From Turneriellaceae bacterium (GTDB taxonomy: Bacteria; Spirochaetota; Leptospiria; Turneriellales; JAOUFE01): a stretch of 64,000 bases of DNA. Made by a program: the position numbers and the translations under genes. The DNA lies in assembly GCA_050304475.1 (NCBI GenBank), contig JBNLDQ010000003.1:53491-117490 (forward strand), written 5' to 3'. The notes under the pieces are model-generated. The model had not been told where the DNA came from. It was given only the letters and a program-made list of their open reading frames with translations, and searched no databases. This document shows, one piece after another, positions 9,129 through 18,849 of the stretch; the stretch's first letter is position 1; each line of letters begins with the position of its first letter.

Positions 9129-10859
9129 ATGCAGGTCGATCACAAATTTTTATTTCGGCTTTCTATGACCGATTTCAACCTTGAGCAAGAAAGCCTTTTA
9201 AATAAAAAACTTCAGGAAACATTCCGGGGCTTTTCAAACCCGTATATTCACACCTCGCTTGAAGCGGCAATCGCCGCGATCATACGCTATGCCCACGAAG
9301 AGATGTTCCGCTATGTTTTTCGGCATTATATGCTCAAAGAGATGGGGCTGGACGATCTTGACGCCAAAGGGTTCAAAGAGATGTACGAGAACGAAGTAAA
9401 AACAAACGGCGTTCATAATTTTCAAAACCTTTGCGAAGAAAAGAAAATCGCCGTAACGGTCAGCGCCGTGCAGTGCGATTCCGGCCTGGAGTTAAACGTA
9501 CACTACCCCGGCTCTCTCTCGCGGGAAGACGCCCGCAACATCGGGGTTTTAGTAGATGAGATCAACCGCCATCATGTCACCCAACCGGGGCAAGGCGGAG
9601 AACCCAGCCCGGCCACTACGCTTACCCTGGAACTTGCCGCGGCATTGATAAAGCTCCGGGGGATAGGCATCTCCTTTGAAAATTTTAAAATCATCCACAA
9701 AGGTCATCGAAACAGGGTTGTCTTTACGGTTGTCGACGAATTGCTGCACCGCCGTTCCCCCCGGAATTATATCCGGAACCTGAACAAACCCGAATGGTTT
9801 CAAAATGTAATTTCGACAACATTCGATGTGCTGGGGTATTCGATCCTGGTCTTTGATTTAAACGGCATCTTACTTGAATCCAAAGGTCCGGCGGTAGAAA
9901 AGTTTCATCTCGACGACCCGGGCCGCAGCATTGAGGATATGGTAAACCCGGCATTTTATGAAAATATTTTTTACTCCCCTTTTAGCATTAAAATGACGGG
10001 CCGCATTAACAACTACCGGGTTTCGTTAAAAGACGGCGATTCGGGCCTCGAAATACTTTATAACATGAACGGGTATCTTGACGAGGAAAACCGGGTCATC
10101 ACCATTTGGCAGGAAGTCAATGTCCAGAGCGCAGGGCGGCAGCTTTCCGAAGGCTCTTTATTTGAAAACACCTATATGTACAGTTTAATTACGCCCTATA
10201 TCCCGAGCAGCGTTTTGGTCAAAGCCCGCGAAACGGCCCGGCAAGGCGAAAAAAAACTGCCCGATGAGCAAAAGAAATTAACTATCATGTTTGCCGATCT
10301 GGTGAATTTCACGCAAAATATTGAAAAACTTCAATTTGAAAAAGTCATGGAACTTCTCAATCTCTCGATGGGAACCATTGTAAAAACCATTGAACGACAT
10401 AACGGGTATGTGGATAAATTTCTTGGCGACGGAATTCTATGCGTTTTTTCAACCGCTTCGGAAGCGGTCGTCTCTGCGTTTGAAATTCAAAATAACTTTG
10501 CGCAACTCAATGAGTTCCGTTTGCTGCGCGACGAGCCACCGATTGAAATCCGCCTCGGCATCAACACCGGCAATGTAATTCTTGGTTCGGTAGGAACCTC
10601 AACGCGGATGGACCGAACCGTACTGGGCGATGTCGTCAACACGGCTGCCCGGGCCGAACAGTACTCCAGAAAAAACGCGGTTTTAGTAACCCAATCGACA
10701 ATGGACGAACTGGGAGATTCGGTAATCGCCGGCGAACAAATTACGGCAAAGTTTAAAGGCAAAGCCGCCGAACAAACGCTTTTTTACCTGAAGTCCATCA
10801 AGTTTATCTTTGACGAAAAAGAGAGAATGCTTGAGCTGCCTACGGCAGGTGCCGTATGA
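9129..10859 (+). CDS. Class III adenylate/guanylate cyclase with a long N-terminal sensor region (PAS-like segment)
   Basis: C-terminal CYCc motifs LTIMFADLVNFT, FLGDGILCVF and RLGINTGNVILGSVG...VLGDVVNTAARAE. Start set at ATG 9129, preceded by AAGGAG. Confidence 0.85.
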   Translation: MQVDHKFLFRLSMTDFNLEQESLLNKKLQETFRGFSNPYIHTSLEAAIAAIIRYAHEEMFRYVFRHYMLKEMGLDDLDAKGFKEMYENEVKTNGVHNFQNLCEEKKIAVTVSAVQCDSGLELNVHYPGSLSREDARNIGVLVDEINRHHVTQPGQGGEPSPATTLTLELAAALIKLRGIGISFENFKIIHKGHRNRVVFTVVDELLHRRSPRNYIRNLNKPEWFQNVISTTFDVLGYSILVFDLNGILLESKGPAVEKFHLDDPGRSIEDMVNPAFYENIFYSPFSIKMTGRINNYRVSLKDGDSGLEILYNMNGYLDEENRVITIWQEVNVQSAGRQLSEGSLFENTYMYSLITPYIPSSVLVKARETARQGEKKLPDEQKKLTIMFADLVNFTQNIEKLQFEKVMELLNLSMGTIVKTIERHNGYVDKFLGDGILCVFSTASEAVVSAFEIQNNFAQLNEFRLLRDEPPIEIRLGINTGNVILGSVGTSTRMDRTVLGDVVNTAARAEQYSRKNAVLVTQSTMDELGDSVIAGEQITAKFKGKAAEQTLFYLKSIKFIFDEKERMLELPTAGAV

Positions 10860-11554
10860 CCCGCGGCATCTTTGCAAGAAAAACCCGAAACGGGCGGGCG
10901 TTTCTTTACAGGCTTTTAGCGGTTGGCCTTGCCTGTTTCATTGCCCCCTGGTTTCTGCTCGCGGCTCCGGGCAACCGGCACGACAAACCGAACTATGAAA
11001 AAATTGCCCGCGAGGTTTTTACGCAAACCAACCTTGCGCGCACCAACCCTCAAGAATTTGCCGAACACCTCATCGAATACAAAAAACTTTTTCACGGAAA
11101 TTCAACAATGATTTACAAAGACGGAGTCAACTGGCAAACCAACGAAGGCGTTACGCCGGTCAAAGAAGCCATCGCGGCATTGTTAAAACAAAAACCTCTG
11201 CCGGCGCTCGAATACTCGGAAGGTATGTCAAAAGGCGCAGCAGATCACGTAAAAGACACCGGACCAAAAGGAACCGTCGGTCATGCAGGGAGCGACAAAA
11301 GTTCGCCCTTTGATCGAATCAACCGGTACGGCGCCTGGCATTTGACAGCCGGCGAAAATATCGCTTATGGAGCAGGTTCCGGGAGAGACATGGTGATGGA
11401 ACTTATCATTGACGACGGGGTGCCGGGCCGGGGGCACCGTGAAAACATCTTTAACGCCGATTTTAAGATTACCGGAGTCGCCTGCGGTTATCATAAAGTT
11501 TATGAATTGATGTGCGTCATCGACTACGCCGGCGGGTATACCGAAGGCAAATGA
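10856..11554 (+). CDS. CAP/SCP (PR-1-like, YkwD-type) domain protein with N-terminal signal anchor
   Basis: Motifs GHAGSD...AGENIAYG...GHRENIF. Hydrophobic N-terminus LLAVGLACFIAPWFLLAAP. The start overlaps the cyclase stop (ATGA at 10856-10859). Confidence 0.8.
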   Translation: MTRGIFARKTRNGRAFLYRLLAVGLACFIAPWFLLAAPGNRHDKPNYEKIAREVFTQTNLARTNPQEFAEHLIEYKKLFHGNSTMIYKDGVNWQTNEGVTPVKEAIAALLKQKPLPALEYSEGMSKGAADHVKDTGPKGTVGHAGSDKSSPFDRINRYGAWHLTAGENIAYGAGSGRDMVMELIIDDGVPGRGHRENIFNADFKITGVACGYHKVYELMCVIDYAGGYTEGK

Positions 11555-11596
11555 TTGCATTTGTTTGATCGACCCGGGGTCCGGTCTATTGAAAAA

Positions 11597-12922
11597 TCAA
11601 TCGGGCAAAACGCCAAGCAAGGTTTTTGCCGTCGCCGATGTCACTTGAACCCGAACTTCTTTGCCAAGGTAGTTTTCAATCGTCGCGTTATCTGCCATGG
11701 GGGCGACCGCCCTCTTTCCGTTGCGTCCCGTTCCGGAAAGTTCGCGGGCGTTCCTGCGCGATACTCCGTCGACTAAAATCGAAATCTCGCGCCCGATATC
11801 TTCCTGGTTGATTTCGTAACAACGTTTGTTTTGAATTGCAATCATGTTTTCAAGCCGTTCTTTCTTTACCTCTTCGGGAACATCGTCCGGGTAATGGAGC
11901 GCCGCCGAAGTTCCTTTGCGTTCGGAATACGCAAACATAAAGGCGTCGTCAAAACGGCACTCTTCCATGGTATCTAACGTTCGCCGGTATTGTTTCTCTG
12001 TCTCGCCGGGGAACCCCACGATCACATCGGTTGTTATAGTCACGCCGGGAACGCGCGCCCGAAAATTCCGGACAAGAGCGGTAAACTCGCCGCGGGTATA
12101 CTCGCGGCGCATGCGGGCAAGAACCTCGTCATCGCCGGACTGCAGCGGGATATGAATGCGGCTCCCCAAGCGATTTTGGTTTGCCGTCATTTCAATCAGC
12201 TCTTCCGGAAAATCCTTGGGGTGAGGCGAAGTGTACGAAAGCCGCTTGATATCGGTCGCCTCCAGAATCCGGCGCACCAGCTCCGGGAACGACGTTTTTT
12301 CATGGTGATATGAGTTTACGTTTTGCCCCAAAAGAACGACGCTTTGAATCCCCGCGCCCGAAAGAGCTTCAATTTCCCGGATAATCGATTCGGGCGGGCG
12401 GGAACGTTCCCGCCCGCGCGTGTGGGGGACAATGCAAAATGTACAAAAGTTATCGCACCCCCTCTGGATCGCCACATTCGCGCTAAGCGAAACCCGGTCC
12501 ATCCCGGTGTGCAAATCAATGGGCGGGATAATGTCATCATAGGTCTCGCTCCGGGAAAGCTTTACCTGGGCGCCGGATTCGCCTGATGCGGCTTTTTCCC
12601 CCAGTTCCCGAAGGGCGTCCGGCCCGAGTACAAAATTCACAGGCAGATCTTGATGCAACAGCTCTTCGCCGAGACTTTGGGCCATACAACCGAGAATACC
12701 GACGCGAACGCCGCGTTTATAAAGGTGTTTTAACGATTGCAACCGATTGTATATTTTAGTGTGGGCGTTTTCGCGCACCGAACAGGTATTGAGTAAAATA
12801 ACGTCGGCTTCGTCCGGGCTCGTTGCGGGTAAAAACGAGGCGTCGCCCAAGACCTTTTTGGCAATGAGGCTGTCATACTCATTCATCTGGCAGCCATATG
12901 TTTCGAGATAATATTTTGGCAT
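11597..12922 (-). CDS. miaB: tRNA-i6A37 methylthiotransferase
   Basis: 441 aa with N-terminal YLETYGCQMNEYDS, a radical-SAM Cys motif CDNFCTFC and a C-terminal TRAM-like domain. Confidence 0.85.
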   Translation of the reverse strand: MPKYYLETYGCQMNEYDSLIAKKVLGDASFLPATSPDEADVILLNTCSVRENAHTKIYNRLQSLKHLYKRGVRVGILGCMAQSLGEELLHQDLPVNFVLGPDALRELGEKAASGESGAQVKLSRSETYDDIIPPIDLHTGMDRVSLSANVAIQRGCDNFCTFCIVPHTRGRERSRPPESIIREIEALSGAGIQSVVLLGQNVNSYHHEKTSFPELVRRILEATDIKRLSYTSPHPKDFPEELIEMTANQNRLGSRIHIPLQSGDDEVLARMRREYTRGEFTALVRNFRARVPGVTITTDVIVGFPGETEKQYRRTLDTMEECRFDDAFMFAYSERKGTSAALHYPDDVPEEVKKERLENMIAIQNKRCYEINQEDIGREISILVDGVSRRNARELSGTGRNGKRAVAPMADNATIENYLGKEVRVQVTSATAKTLLGVLPD

Positions 12923-13110
12923 TTTGTCCTTAGATATTCCACTTTACCCCGAAAAGTCAGGCCGTAAAGCGTTTCGCTTTGTTTTCGCCCGAAGAAGTCA
13001 GAGAGCCCTGGCCTGAAAAAAAACGCCAAAAAAAAGGAAATCATTTCACCGGCAACGCTCTTTAGAGATAAAAGGGCTTGTCGCCGGGACTCTGAAATAA
13101 AACCGAAGCT

Positions 13111-14337
13111 ATGTCATTAACGCTAGCAAACCGGTTAAGTAAAATTGAACCGTCGCCCACGCTGGAAATTACCGCGTTGGCTAAAAAAATGAAATCGGAA
13201 GGACTGGATGTCGCCGGTTTTGGCGGCGGCGAACCGGACGCCGATACGCCCGATTTCATTAAAAATGCCGCCATCACTGCGCTCAACCGGGGCGAAACAA
13301 AATATACCCCTGTGAGCGGTACAACCGAAATAAAAGAAGCAATTGTACAAAAATTAAAAAGAGACCATAACCTGGATTACACGCCCCGGGAAATTATTGC
13401 CGGCGTTGGCGGTAAGCATGTCATTTATAACTTTTTCATGTCCATTTTAAACCCCGGAGACGAAGTCATTATCCCCGGTCCGTACTGGGTTAGCTATAAA
13501 GACATTGTTTCGCTATCGGAAGGTTTGCCCGTCATAATCAATTCAACCGTTGAAGAAGGGTTTAAACTAACCGCCGAAAAACTCTCTGCGGCAATCACCG
13601 GCAAAACAAAGGCCGTCATTCTCAATTCGCCTTCGAACCCGACCGGCATCGCCTATTCGCGCGATGAGCTGGCGGCGTTTGCCGAGATTCTTAAAAAGCG
13701 CCCCGACATCTGGATTTTAACCGACGATATGTATGAAAAAATCGTTTATGATGGTTTTGAATTTTACAATCTCCCGATGGTGGCCCCCGATTTGATCGAC
13801 CAATGTTTTGTGGTCAACGGCCTCTCGAAAGCGTATTCCATGACAGGCTGGCGTTTGGGGTATGGCGCGTCTAAAAACCAAACGCTCATTGATTCCATGG
13901 CCATGCTGCAGGGGCAAAGCACGTCAAACGCAACCAGCTTTGCGCAAGCGGGCGGCGCCGCCGCTTTGATTAGCGACCAAACCTGCATTCAACCGATGGT
14001 AGCTTCGTTCCAGGAACGGCGGGACTATCTGCTGCAAGAGCTCGAAAAAATCAAAGGCCTGCGGTGCGTTCACCCCAAAGGCGCGTTTTACGTATTTCCC
14101 GATTTCAGTCAAATTGCCGAAACCGCGGGATTTCAAGAGCTGATGAAAAAGCAGGCTCCGGAAACAAGCCGCAGCAAAGCGTTATCGGCTCAACTCTTGC
14201 AGGAAGAGTTGGTGGCCGTAGTGCCGGGGATTGCGTTTGGTTACGACAACGGGTTTCGCATTGGATACGCTTGTTCTATGGAGACAATTCAAAAGGGCGT
14301 CGCTAGAATGCAGGATTTTTTCGCGCGTCTGGTTTAA
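13111..14337 (+). CDS. Aspartate aminotransferase (class I PLP aminotransferase)
   Basis: 408 aa with PLP-lysine motif NGLSKAYSMTGWRLGY and NSPSNPTG. Confidence 0.85.
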   Translation: MSLTLANRLSKIEPSPTLEITALAKKMKSEGLDVAGFGGGEPDADTPDFIKNAAITALNRGETKYTPVSGTTEIKEAIVQKLKRDHNLDYTPREIIAGVGGKHVIYNFFMSILNPGDEVIIPGPYWVSYKDIVSLSEGLPVIINSTVEEGFKLTAEKLSAAITGKTKAVILNSPSNPTGIAYSRDELAAFAEILKKRPDIWILTDDMYEKIVYDGFEFYNLPMVAPDLIDQCFVVNGLSKAYSMTGWRLGYGASKNQTLIDSMAMLQGQSTSNATSFAQAGGAAALISDQTCIQPMVASFQERRDYLLQELEKIKGLRCVHPKGAFYVFPDFSQIAETAGFQELMKKQAPETSRSKALSAQLLQEELVAVVPGIAFGYDNGFRIGYACSMETIQKGVARMQDFFARLV

Positions 14338-14421
14338 AGGCCGTTTTTCGTTTTTTCGCCAGACAAGAATTTACCGGATAAGAATTGACAGAATGTTAGC
14401 GGTTTAAACAGTTTCCGGACT

Positions 14422-14640
14422 ATGGCCAGAAGATGTGAACTCACGGGAAAAGGCACCCGCACGGGAAATAACGTAAGCCACTCCCACCGAAAAACCAAAC
14501 GAAAATTCAAGGCAAATGTGCATAAAAAGCGCATCTATCTGGAAGACGAGAAACGATGGGTAACCATGAACGTTTCTACGCGCGCCTTGCGCACGATTCA
14601 AAAACGCGGCGTAAAGTCTCTTCTAAAAGAATCTTGCTAA
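14422..14640 (+). CDS. rpmB: 50S ribosomal protein L28
   Basis: [33 protein letters not shown]... is a canonical L28 N-terminus. Confidence 0.95.
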   Translation: MARRCELTGKGTRTGNNVSHSHRKTKRKFKANVHKKRIYLEDEKRWVTMNVSTRALRTIQKRGVKSLLKESC

Positions 14641-14690
14641 CCGGCTAACGCCGTTTTCATGCTTATGCCCGAATATTTCAGGCTGCGCAA

Positions 14691-14984
14691 ATGAAAAAAG
14701 AAGAAAGCAAAAAAATCAAACTTTGTCCCCAATGCTCGCAAGAGATGGCTCTCTTTTGGCAAGAGAGGAAGCGCACTGAAAACGCATATTCTCCGGAAAG
14801 AATGCACCGTCTGGTATGCATGAGTTGCGGGTATAGCCGGACCGAACGTTTCGCCCGCCGCGAACAGTTCGCTTACCTGGTTGTGCCAAACGAAAACGGC
14901 CCCGGGTTATGCTTTGTCGAAAACCGTACGCTGGATCCCCTTAAGCGTTCGATTGACGCAACGACCATTGGCGTTACCGAATAG
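14691..14984 (+). CDS. Hypothetical zinc-ribbon protein
   Basis: 97 aa with CPQC...CMSCG cysteine pairs. No other support. Confidence 0.45.
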   Translation: MKKEESKKIKLCPQCSQEMALFWQERKRTENAYSPERMHRLVCMSCGYSRTERFARREQFAYLVVPNENGPGLCFVENRTLDPLKRSIDATTIGVTE

Positions 14985-15016
14985 TTTCGCCTGATTTAAA
15001 ACTTCCCGCTTTATCG

Positions 15017-16189
15017 CTAAAACAGCCGTACAGACTGAAGATCTCTCTCAAACAATAGCAACTGCCCGTCTGCGCCGCAAAAGAATTTCGGTTCGGGCTT
15101 GAACCGAACCCCAAGCCCAAGCAATCGAACCGGCAAATCGTTTCGTGCAAGCCCTTCTCTCAGAAGGGCGATGAATGATTCAACCTCGACCAAACCAAAA
15201 GAACGCTCAACCGTCGTAACCGAGAAGTCGGAAAACTTGATTTTGATAAACAGGGTTTTAACCGGGTCGCGCCGCCATGAGTTTGAAGTAAAATTTTCAG
15301 TCGCCCGCGAAAGCCGGGTTTGAAACTGCTCGTAAAGAGACGGCATCTTCTCAAGCAACTCATCTAAAGCCGAAATATCTTTTCCAAAAGTTCTTTCGAT
15401 GGAAAGAGATTTTCTCTCGCGCGACGGATTGACCTCGCGCTCGTCAATGCCCCGGCAGATGTCATAAAGAAAAACGCCGAATTTACCAAAACGGTTTTTC
15501 AACTCTGAACGGGAAAAACTTTGCAGCTCGCCGCAAGTGGAAACGCCAAGTTCATGAATTTTTTTGGCGGTCACCTTGCCTACGCCCCATATTTTCTCAA
15601 CGGGAAGCGAAACAATAAAAGAGTCTACTTTTTCGGGAGATACCGCGAATTGGCCGTCGGGTTTGTTCCAGTCGCTGGCGACCTTGGCTAAAAACTTGTT
15701 CGGGGCGATACCCGCCGAGGCAGTCAACCCCGTCGCTTGATAAATCTCTTTTCTGATTTGAGCCGCCAGAAGAGTCGCCGAACCCCGGAATAACTCCAAG
15801 CCGGTGACGTCAAGGTAAGCTTCATCAAGCGAGAGCGGCTCAATGCGATCTGTGTAGTTCTCAAAAATTGCGCGTATTTTTTTTGACTCTTCTTTGTATT
15901 TTTGCATATCGGGGTGCACCAATACGAGATGCGGGCATCTCTCAATGGCCACCGCCGACGAGAGAGCCGAGCGCACCCCGTATTTTCTCGCCTCATAATT
16001 GGCCGCGCTAACGACCCCTCTGCCTTCGAGAAAACCGCCCACCGCTACGGGCCGCCCCTTTAGTTCTGGGTTGTCGCGTTCTTCAACCGCCGCATAAAAG
16101 CAGTCCATATCAATATGGATGATTTTACGCCCGTGCACCTCCGGTGTTTTTTTGGGTTTCTCTGCCGCTTTTCTTGCAATGGCAAGCAT
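15017..16189 (-). CDS. dinB: DNA polymerase IV (Y-family)
   Basis: RKIIHIDMDCFYAAVEERDNPEL, SLDEAYLDVT and the little-finger region are present. The track ORF starts at a TTG; I use the internal ATG at 16189, and the exact start is uncertain. Confidence 0.88.
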   Translation of the reverse strand: MLAIARKAAEKPKKTPEVHGRKIIHIDMDCFYAAVEERDNPELKGRPVAVGGFLEGRGVVSAANYEARKYGVRSALSSAVAIERCPHLVLVHPDMQKYKEESKKIRAIFENYTDRIEPLSLDEAYLDVTGLELFRGSATLLAAQIRKEIYQATGLTASAGIAPNKFLAKVASDWNKPDGQFAVSPEKVDSFIVSLPVEKIWGVGKVTAKKIHELGVSTCGELQSFSRSELKNRFGKFGVFLYDICRGIDEREVNPSRERKSLSIERTFGKDISALDELLEKMPSLYEQFQTRLSRATENFTSNSWRRDPVKTLFIKIKFSDFSVTTVERSFGLVEVESFIALLREGLARNDLPVRLLGLGVRFKPEPKFFCGADGQLLLFERDLQSVRLF

Positions 16190-16452
16190 GTTAACATAAT
16201 ATAAGTATTGTTTTGTGCGGGCAAGTTTTTTTGTTTTTTCTAAGCCAGCATAAATTTCAAATAACACACCCAAGCAGGCTGCGAAAGCGCCTTAAAACTG
16301 AAAACATTCGACCCGAAAGAACAAGGGGGGGCCGCCGAGCAATGATCTCAAGTCATATAACGGAAAGGCAAAGAGCTTGATAAAATTTTATTTACAAAAT
16401 AGTTGATTTTGATACACTAGATTCAAAAAAAAAAATAGAAAAAGAGGCTAAT

Positions 16453-17565
16453 ATGAAAAAAATGATATATTTTCCGGTAATCGTTTTAGTATTCGCTTTT
16501 TCCGTTTGTAATACAGATACTACAAGTAATGCAAACAGGACAAGTAATACTACGAATGATGTCTGCGGTGACTCGATATGCGGGGGGTCGGAGACATTGG
16601 CAAGTTGTGCAAATGATTGTACGACTTGCGGGGACGGCGTATGCGCCGGTTCAGAGACAAGCGCAAGTTGTAATGCAGATTGTACTACACTTGCCTCACC
16701 CAGCAAGGTTGAGGCGGGTGATTACCATACTTGCGCGATTGATACAAACGGTGTGGTATGCTGGGGGGCAAACGGTTCCGGCCAGACAAACGTACCCGCC
16801 TTAACGAACCCCACCCAGGTTACGCTTGGCACGACTCATACATGTGCGCTTGATGCAACAGGAGTAGTCTGCTGGGGAAGCAACGGCTTGGGAGAGACAA
16901 CAGTTCCGGCGTTAACGAACCCTACACAGGTCGTAGCGGGCAGTAATCACACATGTGCAATTGATGCAACCGGCGTAGTTTGCTGGGGATGGAACTCCAA
17001 AGGACAGGCAACGCCCCCGGCGCTAACGAATCCGACCCAGGTTTCGGCCGGTCTTTATCACACTTGCGCGCTTGATGCAAATGGTGTCTCTTGCTGGGGA
17101 TCCGGAACCACGAACAATCCGGGGATATTTCCGGAATTTGGTCAGTCCATGGTACCTGCTTTAAGCAACCCGACCCAGATCTCGGTGAGTAACTTTCATA
17201 GTTGTGCAATTGATGCCACCGGGGTCGTTTGCTGGGGAGCCGGAACTACCAATACGGCAGTAAGCCCGGAGTATGGCCAGTCCATAGTGCCTGCTCTAAC
17301 AAGTCCAACCCAGGTCGCGACCGGCGCTCTTCATACTTGTGCGCTTGATGCAAGCGGGTTGGTTTGTTGGGGAGGGGGAACCACCAATACAGGCGTAGAT
17401 CCGGAGTTTGGTCAATCGATCGTGCCAGTACTAACGACTCCAACCCAGATATCAGCCGGCAGTTATCATACCTGCGCGCTTGATGCAAATGGTATCTCTT
17501 GCTGGGGAGCCGGGACTACCAATACGGGGGCATTTCAGGAAGCCGGTCAATCGATAGTTCCATAA
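16453..17565 (+). CDS. RCC1-repeat (beta-propeller) lipoprotein with N-terminal Cys-rich modules
   Basis: Lipobox VFAFSVC. Two CGDxxCxGSETxxSCxxDC modules, then 7 repeats of HTCA(L/I)DxxGVxCWG...PALTNPTQ (3 short and 4 long blades). SD AAAGAGG upstream. Confidence 0.8.
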   Translation: MKKMIYFPVIVLVFAFSVCNTDTTSNANRTSNTTNDVCGDSICGGSETLASCANDCTTCGDGVCAGSETSASCNADCTTLASPSKVEAGDYHTCAIDTNGVVCWGANGSGQTNVPALTNPTQVTLGTTHTCALDATGVVCWGSNGLGETTVPALTNPTQVVAGSNHTCAIDATGVVCWGWNSKGQATPPALTNPTQVSAGLYHTCALDANGVSCWGSGTTNNPGIFPEFGQSMVPALSNPTQISVSNFHSCAIDATGVVCWGAGTTNTAVSPEYGQSIVPALTSPTQVATGALHTCALDASGLVCWGGGTTNTGVDPEFGQSIVPVLTTPTQISAGSYHTCALDANGISCWGAGTTNTGAFQEAGQSIVP

Positions 17566-17979
17566 AAGATAAAATAAACGATAAAACGACAACACAGGCC
17601 GGGAAAATTTTTCCGACCTGTGTTTCAACATAACCACGATAAATTATTTAACGGTTGGTCCACCGCGCCAACCTGAAATGATTTGTTATTCGCGTTAGAA
17701 ACAATTCCCTAACCACCCCCACCCTGTTGGGCGGGGCCGGGAGGTTGCCGGATTTTTCAGGTTTCACTGTATAAATCGGTCATCTTTTGATTTTTTTCTT
17801 TCACAAGAAATAAATTGTTCTGTATGCGCAAAATATCACCGCGCAGGCAAACTCTCTTCGGGCAGTGTGTCTTGTGAATTTTAAGATTTACATTTGGAAC
17901 TTACAATTCTTTATGCCACTTGTTGCGTAAAATGACCGCAGAAATTTATACATCGAATTTGCGAAACCGGAGAATTTTC

Positions 17980-18459
17980 ATGAGAATACTATTTCCTTTG
18001 TTTGTCTTTTTATTTTGTTTTGAACTCTTTGCCGTAAATGCGGATCAGTACCCAATCAGCACAATCAATGTGATTGTAGCCGGCGAAAAAACGAAAATAG
18101 AAAAAGATAATAAGGGAATAGCTTTGCATATTACCATGCTTGGCGGCGGCATACCTTTTCGTGTCATTGGAAGATGGACCGGCAATGCAAGGCCGATTTC
18201 AAGCGATACTGTGCAATTTTTAGAGATGTATGCAAAATACCGAAAAATGGATTTGCTTTCGTTATTTAAAAATGAAATTGAATTCATTGATAGCGACGGG
18301 GATACATACTGGATACCTATCCAGGATTCTTTTCATGACGCATTTGTCAAAGAGATACAAACCCCTAAAAAAAGCGTACTCTTATATTTGATTATGTGCG
18401 GTTTTTTGGAAGAGAACCCTGTTTTTCTCATGAATGAATTTTACGCCTTTCAAAATTAA
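17980..18459 (+). CDS. Hypothetical secreted protein
   Basis: Start moved to ATG 17980 (MRILFPLFVFLFCFELFAVNA signal peptide; GGAG upstream). No recognisable domain. Confidence 0.5.
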   Translation: MRILFPLFVFLFCFELFAVNADQYPISTINVIVAGEKTKIEKDNKGIALHITMLGGGIPFRVIGRWTGNARPISSDTVQFLEMYAKYRKMDLLSLFKNEIEFIDSDGDTYWIPIQDSFHDAFVKEIQTPKKSVLLYLIMCGFLEENPVFLMNEFYAFQN

Positions 18460-18702
18460 TCCGTCCAAACGGCTAACCGCCGTAACCAACCGGTTGGTTG
18501 GCGCAACCGCTCGCTGTAGTTTTAGAAAAATAACGTTGGGGCGCTTTATCAGGTACGTTTTTATCGGATGAAATCGCACGTTACATCGCCGGGGGAACGG
18601 AGGATTTCCCACGCTTTTTTTCAAAAAAAAATGCGAAAGCGAAAAAAAACCTCGAAAACGGCTATCAATGCACCAGGGGATGAAAAAAATCACTATCCAG
18701 GC

Positions 18703-18780
18703 CCCCACCCATATATGGGTGGGGTGGAGGGTTCGTGGGTAAAGCCGAAGCGAGGGGGCAGACTTGCCCCCTTTTTCTCT
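18703..18780 (+). repeat. Double-hairpin intergenic element, copy A (core has intrinsic-terminator geometry)
   Basis: Hairpin 1 is the 22-nt perfect palindrome CCCCACCCATATATGGGTGGGG (18703-18724). The core AGCGAGGGGGCAGACTTGCCCCCT (18749-18772) is followed by TTTTCTCT. The core recurs at 52909 and 55457. Confidence 0.8.
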
Positions 18781-18820
18781 ATTAAAAATTTCGCTTTATT
18801 TAACCTTTAACGGCATTTTC

Positions 18821-18849
18821 TTGACTCGCATCTTGATCGGGGATATACT
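18821..18849 (+). promoter_or_regulatory. Putative sigma70-type promoter of the PocR-GGDEF gene
   Basis: TTGACT (18821-18826), 17-nt spacer, TATACT (18844-18849), about 70 nt upstream of the GTG at 18922. Confidence 0.45.

Noticed and set aside
9129-11554. Pycsar/CBASS-like defence reading of a cyclase followed by a small effector gene. The same idea was considered for 29520-33730.
   Set aside because: The downstream proteins lack cNMP-binding, TIR, patatin, nuclease or pore-type effector features. The cyclases carry PAS, HAMP or periplasmic sensor domains typical of housekeeping signalling.
16190-16300. LexA/SOS box upstream of dinB.
   Set aside because: The only candidate is CTTGCCCGCACAAA, which has the wrong spacing for the TTTG-N5-CAAA type. 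No CTGT-N8-ACAG or CGAAC-N4-GTTCG match was seen, so this is not convincing.
16392-16706. A 104-aa minus-strand ORF overlapping the start of the RCC1-repeat gene.
   Set aside because: It is antisense to a well-supported lipoprotein gene, and its repetitive sequence simply mirrors the Cys-rich modules.
18568-18810. An 80-aa highly basic ORF in the 18460-18921 intergenic region.
   Set aside because: It reads through homopolymer runs and both hairpins of repeat copy A and has no SD. It is more likely non-coding.
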